A stretch of DNA of 14,337 nt from an uncultured Nitrososphaeraceae archaeon. Lineage in GTDB: Archaea; Thermoproteota; Nitrososphaeria; Nitrososphaerales; Nitrososphaeraceae. Position numbers and translations under genes: made by a program. Location of the stretch: NCBI GenBank assembly GCA_963765895.1, contig CAVXZB010000082.1:1-14337 (forward strand). The letters are read 5' to 3'. Shown one piece after another: positions 8,238 through 14,337 of this stretch. Numbering within the stretch: the stretch's first letter is position 1; each line of letters begins with the position of its first letter. The notes beneath the pieces were generated by a model that saw only the letters and a list, made by a program, of their open reading frames with translations, did not search any database and was not told the origin of the DNA.

Positions 8238-8280
8238 TATTCATACTTATATACGAGATATTGTCATTGTCGCCATAAGA

Positions 8281-9112
8281 ATGAAAAATATAAAATTTTT
8301 TGGTTTACTGTGCCTGAGTATAATTCTACTTTTGGCCTTTGTGTCGCCTACATATTCTGGCTCCGTTACCGCTGCCTAAGAGAATAAAACATTAATGCAA
8401 CCTCAAGGAAAACAAGGTATGGCAACAAACGCTACGAATATCGTTCTAGTCCATGGTTTATGGGCTGATGGATCTTCATGGAGTAAAGTAATTCCTATTC
8501 TGCAGAATGCAGGACATAGAGTTATTGCAGTGCAACTTGCTGCGCACTCTCTTGCAGATGATGTAGCTATCGTCAAGCGCGCAATTGACCTAGTTGGCGG
8601 ACCAACAATACTTGTAGCACACTCATTCGGTGGATTCGTAATCACGAATGCCGGTTATAATAATAAAAACGTAACAGGGCTTGTCTACGTTTCAGCCTTT
8701 GCTCCTGATGAGGGTGAATCTGCAGTGAATTTCGTCCCTGTTGCATCGCTACCTCCAGGATTATTGGTTCCCGATAGCGGAGGATTTGTGTACTTAAACC
8801 CAAAGATGTTCCACGGAGCGTTTGTTCAAGATGCAAATGCGACTGAAGCTGAAACCTTCGGCCGCTGTACAAAAGCCAGCTCATCAATCACTTTTTACTG
8901 AAAAATCTGGCCCTCCAGCTTGGAAGCAACTTCCCTCATGGTTTGAGGTGTCTGAGGGCGACCACATTATCCCTCCTGATGTGGAACGTATGTTTGCAAA
9001 ACGAATGAATGCTACTACTATATTCCTTAACTCTAGCCATGCGTCACTTGTAACACACCCAGCTGAGATCGCCGAATTAATCCTAAATGCAACAAAAGGG
9101 GTGACAAAATAG
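8281..9112 (+). pseudogene. Signal-peptide-bearing alpha/beta hydrolase (esterase-like) with a nonsense codon and a frameshift
   Basis: ATG 8281 encodes MKNIKFFGLLCLSIILLLAFVSPTYSGSVTAA then TAA (8377-8379), in frame with ORF 8395. Motifs VLVHGLWADGSSW, AHSFGG, DHIIPP and SSHAS. A +1 frameshift near 8858 joins ORF 8822..9112. Confidence 0.85.
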
Positions 9113-9113
9113 T

Positions 9114-9940
9114 ATGACTTCAAGCACAATCGTTACCAAGGATGGGACTGAAATCTACTATAAGGACTGGGGTAAAGGTCCTGTCGTAACCTTTTCCCAC
9201 GGCTGGCCCCTTAGCGCAGACGCTTGGGACGGCCAAATGCTGTTCCTTGTGCAAAATGGCTTTCGCGTAGTTGCTCACGACCGTCGCGGTCATGGCCGGT
9301 CAAGTCAGGCTTCTTCGGGGAACGACATGGATGGCTATGCCGACGACCTTGAGCCGTGATCGAAGCGCTTGATCTCAACGATGCAACGCTTGTGGGGCAC
9401 TCCACTGGCGGAGGTGAAGTTGCCCGCTATATCGGTCGCCATGGAACGAAGCGAGTTGCCAAGGCTGTCCTGATCGCGGCTGTGCCCCCGATCATGCTTA
9501 AGACCGCCTCCAATCCAGAGGGCCTACCGATAGAAGTGTTTGATGACATGCGTTCGGGTCTGACCAAGGATCGCTCGCAATTCTACAAGGATCTAGCCAT
9601 CGCGTTCTATGGTGCCAACAGAGAAGGGGCCAAGGTCTCCAAGGGAATCCTGGATCAGTTCTGGCTTTGGAGCATGCAGGCCGGCCTCATGAATGCCTAT
9701 GAAAGTATCAAGGCCTTCTCCGAGACCGATTTCACTGAAGACCTCAAGAAGTTCGATGTCCCAACCTTGGTTCTGCATGGTGAGGACGACCAGATCGTTC
9801 CCGTCAAGGACGCAGCTAAGAAATCGGCCAGGCTCATCAAAGGCGCGAAGGAAATCTACTATCCTGGCGCGCCTCATGGCCTCACGGCCACATATCAGGA
9901 TCAGCTCAACACCGACCTGTTGTCCTTCCTGAAGTCCTAG
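9114..9940 (+). pseudogene. cpo: Non-haem chloroperoxidase/perhydrolase (alpha/beta hydrolase), one frameshift
   Basis: Motifs [47 protein letters not shown] and GAPHGL. One missing base near 9352 (GAC CTT G[C]A GCC GTG ATC) joins ORFs 9114..9359 and 9356..9940. Confidence 0.9.
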
Positions 9941-10032
9941 ACGTCTCGTTCCTTCTTATGTGGGGCTTTAGCGCTTGAGGTATGGAAAAGCTATAATGAT
10001 ACTGATTCTAGAGATAGAATATCAGATATATG

Positions 10033-10298
10033 TTACAGATCACGGCTCCCAACACTGGCAGAAGTACCAAATCTAATTGACTTTTCAAAGGGAACATTTC
10101 TCGTGCGAACAAAGTTCATTATAATTAGCTGTGAGATAATACATAACATACTTAAAGCAGAAAATATCGGGATATCATCAGCAGAATTATGCAGATTTGA
10201 AAATCCTGAAATATTCACAAAAGACACTTCAAGAACCAGGCAAACAACAAGAGCTGATACTACTCCAAAAACAGTCCAATAGTTGGACATCATTTTCA
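10033..10298 (-). pseudogene. N-terminal fragment of a hypothetical membrane protein
   Basis: Two hydrophobic segments (VFGVVSALVVCLVLEVSFV, IPIFSALSMLCIISQLIIM) within ORF 10033..10437. Likely start is the MKMMS cluster near 10298. Appears truncated. Confidence 0.35.
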
Positions 10299-10642
10299 TA
10301 AATTTGATCCTTAGACTGGGATCGCCAGTCAGAGTCATTTCAAAAGTCTGGCATACTAGGGTAGATTCCGGTGTTTTGAACGTTGCGTTCTCAAGGATGA
10401 AATCTAATGTAACCTGCTGAGAAGATGATTCAAACAAAGACTTAAATCTCTAGAGACTGGTTTAGCTAGTAAAAATATTCAATTCTCCTACTACTAGAAA
10501 AAAGGTAGGGAAACTGGGTTTCAGATACTGCTTATATTAGCTAGATATCGCTATCTTAGTAACTCCTTATGTTTGATTCATTTTTTCTGTTCTTTCGCCC
10601 TCTGTCAAATATCTTAAATATATTGTGAAGTCCTCATATAGA

Positions 10643-11262
10643 CTACTCAAACTCCCTTAGCTTTATTTCGGATCTTTGCTTTCTTTCTATTATTACGATG
10701 GCGGCCGCGATTGCAACATAGGCAATTTGGAATATCTCTGTTGGTATATCATATATTGGTATATTAATTCCACCCGTGGTAATTGGGTTAGGACCTTTGG
10801 TTGGAGCATATAGTGCGAGTAATGCTATTGTTCCACATATTCCTATATAATACCATTTTCTTCTCCATCTTTTTGTCATTGGTATCGACCAAAAAGTTGC
10901 GCTATTCCAGCTACTAAAAAGAAGAATCCTAATTTATCTATATTAAAGGTTGCAGTCAATAGACCAGGCCCTACTACTGAACCTATTATTCCACCCAGTC
11001 CTCCTAATACGTTGTACGCAACTACTAAATGCAATATTCCGGCTATTGCGATCATAGCTCCGGCCAAATAGTAAAGATAGATCTTTTTATTCCTGATTCC
11101 TTTTCTTTCAATCGTCTGTTGCGATCTTTGCTTTTGTATTCTAAGAATCCTAGTAGCAGATGCAAACACTGGAACTATAGTTGTCGCTGCTGTCATTATT
11201 TTCGAATGTGTCTTTTTTCTTGTTATTCCTGTCGTTATTTTCTTGTTATTCAATTCTTTCAA
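10643..11262 (-). pseudogene. Multi-pass membrane protein split by a homopolymer frameshift
   Basis: Adding one T to the run at 10891-10895 gives FFLVAGIAQLFWSIPMTKRWRRKWYYIGICGTIALLAL and joins ORFs 10876..11262 and 10643..10879. About 4 TM helices with an intramembrane GILH. Probably a read error. True start uncertain. Confidence 0.7.
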
Positions 11263-11304
11263 TAGAAGTGCTTTCTGTTCTTATGATTATAAGCAAAGGG
11301 ACAA

Positions 11305-11346
11305 ATTCCAAAATTGAATTTCTAATCTGGATTCCAAAATTGGAAT
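11305..11346. promoter_or_regulatory. Tandem palindromic operator between divergent membrane-protein genes
   Basis: ATTCCAAAATTGAATT (11305-11320) and ATTCCAA-AA-TTGGAAT (11331-11346, perfect 7-bp arms), starts 26 nt apart. TTTATATT follows at 11358-11365. Confidence 0.65.
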
Positions 11347-11399
11347 TGAGCATCCTATTTATATTTTATACTCTAACAATTAGAGTTGACTTAATTGAA

Positions 11400-11849
11400 A
11401 TGACACAGATCCAGACAAGGACTCACAAGCACCAAATATCGGAAATGCTTGCCATAGCCGCAATGACCTTATTACTGATCCATATAGCAGATGGATCTAT
11501 GGAACGTATTATCAAGCACGGATTTTTACCAATGAGTATAGACAAGGAGCCGTTTAAGATCTCTAACTTTGGTATCTCATCAATAATCCTGTTTTTCCTA
11601 GCCTTTGGTATTAATATACGAGAAAAAAACAAATCAAGTGTAACAACAGCTCTCCTTATATTTGGAGGTGCACTTATCGGAACAACAGCATTAGGAGTAT
11701 CAGTGATGAATAAAGGCGGATGGATATCAGTAATTATGACAATTTGTATAATAGGATATGTAATAATGGGATCAGGTATATTACTAAGAGCGATACAACG
11801 TAGAAATGTAATAGGATTATTTCCAAAATTGTCTAAATTGTGTAAATAA
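11400..11849 (+). CDS. Hypothetical ~4-TM membrane protein (149 aa)
   Basis: ATG 11400 is in the frame of ORF 11181..11849, about 35 nt after a TATA box. Four hydrophobic segments and an LIHIADG motif. Confidence 0.7.
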   Translation: MTQIQTRTHKHQISEMLAIAAMTLLLIHIADGSMERIIKHGFLPMSIDKEPFKISNFGISSIILFFLAFGINIREKNKSSVTTALLIFGGALIGTTALGVSVMNKGGWISVIMTICIIGYVIMGSGILLRAIQRRNVIGLFPKLSKLCK

Positions 11850-11943
11850 TAGGAGAGGAATTTGAGCAGAACCACAACTTGTAACAACGAGCTTCGAAAA
11901 TGCTTATAATATCTAGAAACAAGAATAGATCAGGCAAAAAAAA

Positions 11944-12576
11944 TTGAATGAAGACAAAACATCAAGCAAGCCTTCATTTACAATTTCAGCGGCAATTATT
12001 GTAGTAGTTATCATATCTGTTGCTATGATTCTTGGAATACAAAGCCAAACATGGCATACCGCATTAGCACAAAGTACCAAGAGTAATACAACAACACCAG
12101 CAACAAATACCGTTGTAACAGTCACCCCAAGCCAATCAACTAACAAAACTTTCTGGATAAGTACGGTACACTTTGATGGGACAACGAGCATACAAGCTGG
12201 CGTACCGTGTGGTAATTGCAGCCAGAATACTCCACCACATCCAGCCGAGAAGTTTCCAAATACTAAGCTTCCTGCGGGACCAGGGCTTGTGTTAAGACCA
12301 CCCAACAAAGTAGGAGCATGGGATATGAGAGCATTTACATTTGCTCCAGACCAAATAGTCGTTAATCAAGGCGATACGGTCACTCTTCATTTCTTAGGTG
12401 TACAAGGTCCGCATCATGTGATAACTGTAGAAGGTGTTGGAACCTTTCCACTTGATAGGGGACATATCCACACAGTAACGTTTACCGCGGATAAACCTGG
12501 AACTATAACTTACTTATGCCACGTACATACTCCGAACATGGTTGGCGAGATATTGGTACTTCCTAAACCGGCATAG
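11944..12576 (+). CDS. Membrane-anchored/secreted cupredoxin (type-1 copper) protein
   Basis: N-terminal TM/signal, Thr-rich linker, FTFAPDQIVVNQGDTVTLHF, His in GPHHVI, and C-terminal PGTITYLCHVHTPNMVGEILV (Cys/His/Met ligands). Confidence 0.88.
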   Translation: MNEDKTSSKPSFTISAAIIVVVIISVAMILGIQSQTWHTALAQSTKSNTTTPATNTVVTVTPSQSTNKTFWISTVHFDGTTSIQAGVPCGNCSQNTPPHPAEKFPNTKLPAGPGLVLRPPNKVGAWDMRAFTFAPDQIVVNQGDTVTLHFLGVQGPHHVITVEGVGTFPLDRGHIHTVTFTADKPGTITYLCHVHTPNMVGEILVLPKPA

Positions 12577-12619
12577 TAGATGACGACAAAGCGAAATACT
12601 ACCTACTCATGTACATCAA

Positions 12620-12635
12620 CCTCAATATATTGAGG
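12620..12635. other. Perfect 16-bp palindrome CCTCAATATATTGAGG downstream of the cupredoxin gene
   Basis: Self-reverse-complementary, 44 nt after the stop. Could be a 3' hairpin or a protein-binding site. Confidence 0.35.
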
Positions 12636-12872
12636 ACTCCTCTTATTTTTGCAATTATTTGAACATAACCCAACACAAGTAAATCGTTTTCTATATGTTT
12701 AGCATACTGGGTAAATACAACAACAATGGCACTTAGGACGAATATTAGGATTAAAATTATACGACTCGAAGAGTATGTAGAATATGTTTGATGTTTAATA
12801 TTTGAAACTGAGCTACGAAGCTCGAAATTATAATAGATATTTAATATCAGACACACGAATATCATACGATAT

Positions 12873-13337
12873 TTGTGGGCCTTCAAACAGAGTTTCGTTG
12901 TAAATAGTCCTATAGATAGAGTTTGGGAATTTTATACAGATATCAAACATCTTGAAATAATAACTCCCGTAGAGATAAAACTTAAAATTACAAATGGCAC
13001 AAGCCAAAAACTTATCCAAGGATCAGAATTTTGGCTTGAGGGTAAATTAATGATTTTCAGGAGAAGATGGCACTCCGTGATAAAATCCATAAGACCATAT
13101 CAGTATTTAGATGAAATGTTAACTGGCCCATTAAAAAAGTGGAGGCACTTACACAAATTTAATGATATTTACATTAACAAAAATCAAAAGCAGACAGAAG
13201 TGATAGATGAGGTTGATTTTGAACTTCCATATAGCCCCGTAGGAAAGTTATTTGAAGGTTATGTAAGCAAGCAACTTGAGAAATTCTTCGATTATAGGAA
13301 AGCAGCAACAGTCAAAAGTTTAGAAGATAATACGTAG
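12873..13337 (+). CDS. SRPBCC (START/Bet v1-like) family protein
   Basis: SFVVNSPIDRVWEFYTDIKHLEIITP, YLDEMLTGPLKKWRHLHKF and TEVIDEVDFELP..FFDYRK are typical of this subfamily. TTG start uncertain. Confidence 0.85.
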   Translation: MWAFKQSFVVNSPIDRVWEFYTDIKHLEIITPVEIKLKITNGTSQKLIQGSEFWLEGKLMIFRRRWHSVIKSIRPYQYLDEMLTGPLKKWRHLHKFNDIYINKNQKQTEVIDEVDFELPYSPVGKLFEGYVSKQLEKFFDYRKAATVKSLEDNT

Positions 13338-13503
13338 ATAACGTTAAAGGTATCACAACATCGTCGCTGACCTTTGTTTTCGCTCTGTTTGGCAATATAC
13401 TATATTGACTTTAGAAAACCTTAAAGCTTGGTTGTTTCCTATCGCCTGCGAATTACGATACAGTGTTACTTGAACGAGGATTGGCCATACTATGGACATA
13501 ACC

Positions 13504-13705
13504 TTATACTAGGTCACGTACAGGTGTAAATCGATAATCTCTCAATGTCTTAATTCTCTGTTGTGAAAATACTCCATTTGCAAATACAAGAGCTCCACAA
13601 GTGTTGCATCGCAGCATTATACGTCTAGTTTTGGTTGGTGAGTGTTGCCATGGCATTACAGAAGAGGCAATGCACAGTTCTCTCCCATGAATCATCGACC
13701 GACAA
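13504..13705 (-). pseudogene. Small Zn-ribbon protein split by a frameshift
   Basis: TTG 13705 gives MSVDDSWERTVHCLFCNAMATLT. A slip in CACCAACCAA (~13640-13631) continues as TKTRRIMLRCNTCGALVFANG..., giving two CxxC motifs. TATATA lies about 35 nt upstream. Confidence 0.55.
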
Positions 13706-13759
13706 GTTACTGTACTATAATACATCTTATCTCAGCTATATATATCGCCAAGCGAGAGA

Positions 13760-13980
13760 GCAGGCGGTATTTCAGATATGAACGTTTCATGGCAGTTCAT
13801 AGGTATTTGTAAGGATCCTTGGGCTAATACTCACAGGATTGAGGTTGAACAAGATAAGCCACATAAGGAGCCAGGCTAGTACATGCATTCAGAACTTATG
13901 ATCAACCGGCAAACAGAGGAATAAGCCGCTTGCACTTTCCAGAAGAAATGGATGTGCCGGTAATGGTTAAGACCAAATAG
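13760..13980 (+). pseudogene. C-terminal remnant of a tail-fibre-like/large surface protein family
   Basis: AGGISDMNVSWQFIGICKDPWANTHRIEVEQDKPHKEPG*YMHSEL/YDQPANRGISRLHFPEE matches my recollection of the conserved tail AGGxxGMKVSWQVTGIRxDPWANAHRIxVEEDK..GxYLHPELY. TAG at 13877, frameshift near 13896. Confidence 0.65.
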
Positions 13981-14337
13981 GTTGGGGGTAAATACTTCAC
14001 TTATCAAAACAAGAAAAAAGACACTGGTACGAAGCAGTCGTGAGTCACCCTACATCCTCCTTCAATTAGTTAACAGTATGAGGTGACAGCAGATGCAGGA
14101 TTCACTATTTATAGACTCTATCTTAAAGTATAATGATCATAGACTGCACCTTTCACTATGCAATAAATCTAACAATTTCACCGTGATGATCACTATTCTA
14201 GATTCAGATTTATACACTTGTGCGTCGAATGGGCTAGGAAGGCGGTAGTCTATAAAATGGACATCTTTTAGACTTAATCATATCTCCACCCGATTTAAAT
14301 AATTGAGTAATCTAGAAAACGCATGAGATGTGCATTA

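Noticed and set aside
11181-11399. Long N-terminal extension of ORF 11181..11849
   Set aside because: It overlaps the divergent gene, the operator and the TATA box. ATG 11400 is the more plausible start.
457-12308. Shadow ORFs 457..648+, 2042..2365-, 2567..2785-, 8403..8645-, 8642..8887-, 8884..9129-, 9211..9405-, 9593..9877-, 9693..9932+, 11029..11265+, 11423..11887-, 11913..12308-
   Set aside because: They overlap better-supported genes on the opposite strand or in another frame and show no motifs of their own.
12599-13019. ORFs 12599..12886- and 12828..13019-
   Set aside because: AT-rich, overlapping the SRPBCC start, no motif. One hydrophobic stretch is not enough to call a gene.
14108-14256. 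Inverted TTTATAGACT / AGTCTATAAA as MITE ends
   Set aside because: Only 10 AT-rich bp match and no target duplication is evident.

Overview
AT-rich, gene-poor window that reads as an accessory region of a soil-type ammonia-oxidising archaeon (Nitrososphaerota, probably Nitrososphaeraceae). That assignment is inferred from DUF6659/roadblock-like, HTH-coiled-coil and membrane-anchored cupredoxin genes plus archaeal TATA boxes. Intact: a complete IS5-family (IS903-like) element with terminal inverted repeats and a 9-bp target duplication, a DUF892/ferritin-like protein fused to a C2H2 finger, a membrane protein plus cupredoxin, and an SRPBCC protein. Most other genes are broken by 1-2 nt indels, stops or truncation: a Zn-finger-DUF6659 fusion, an HTH/coiled-coil gene, a Hanks-type kinase N-lobe missing from the ORF track, a P4/D5 primase-helicase, an FAD oxidoreductase, a secreted alpha/beta hydrolase, a GC-rich non-haem chloroperoxidase, membrane proteins, a Zn-ribbon and a tail-fibre-like C-terminus. 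Non-coding signals include a tRNA 3'-end fragment (att-like), an orphan IS right end, a phased 6x ATTTGAC array and a double palindromic operator. I see no intact, clearly new multi-gene system. The best leads are the ATTTGAC array/HTH-coiled-coil module, the operator-controlled cupredoxin locus and two Zn-finger fusions. Family names come from motif recognition, not database searches, and some single-base frameshifts may be sequencing errors.
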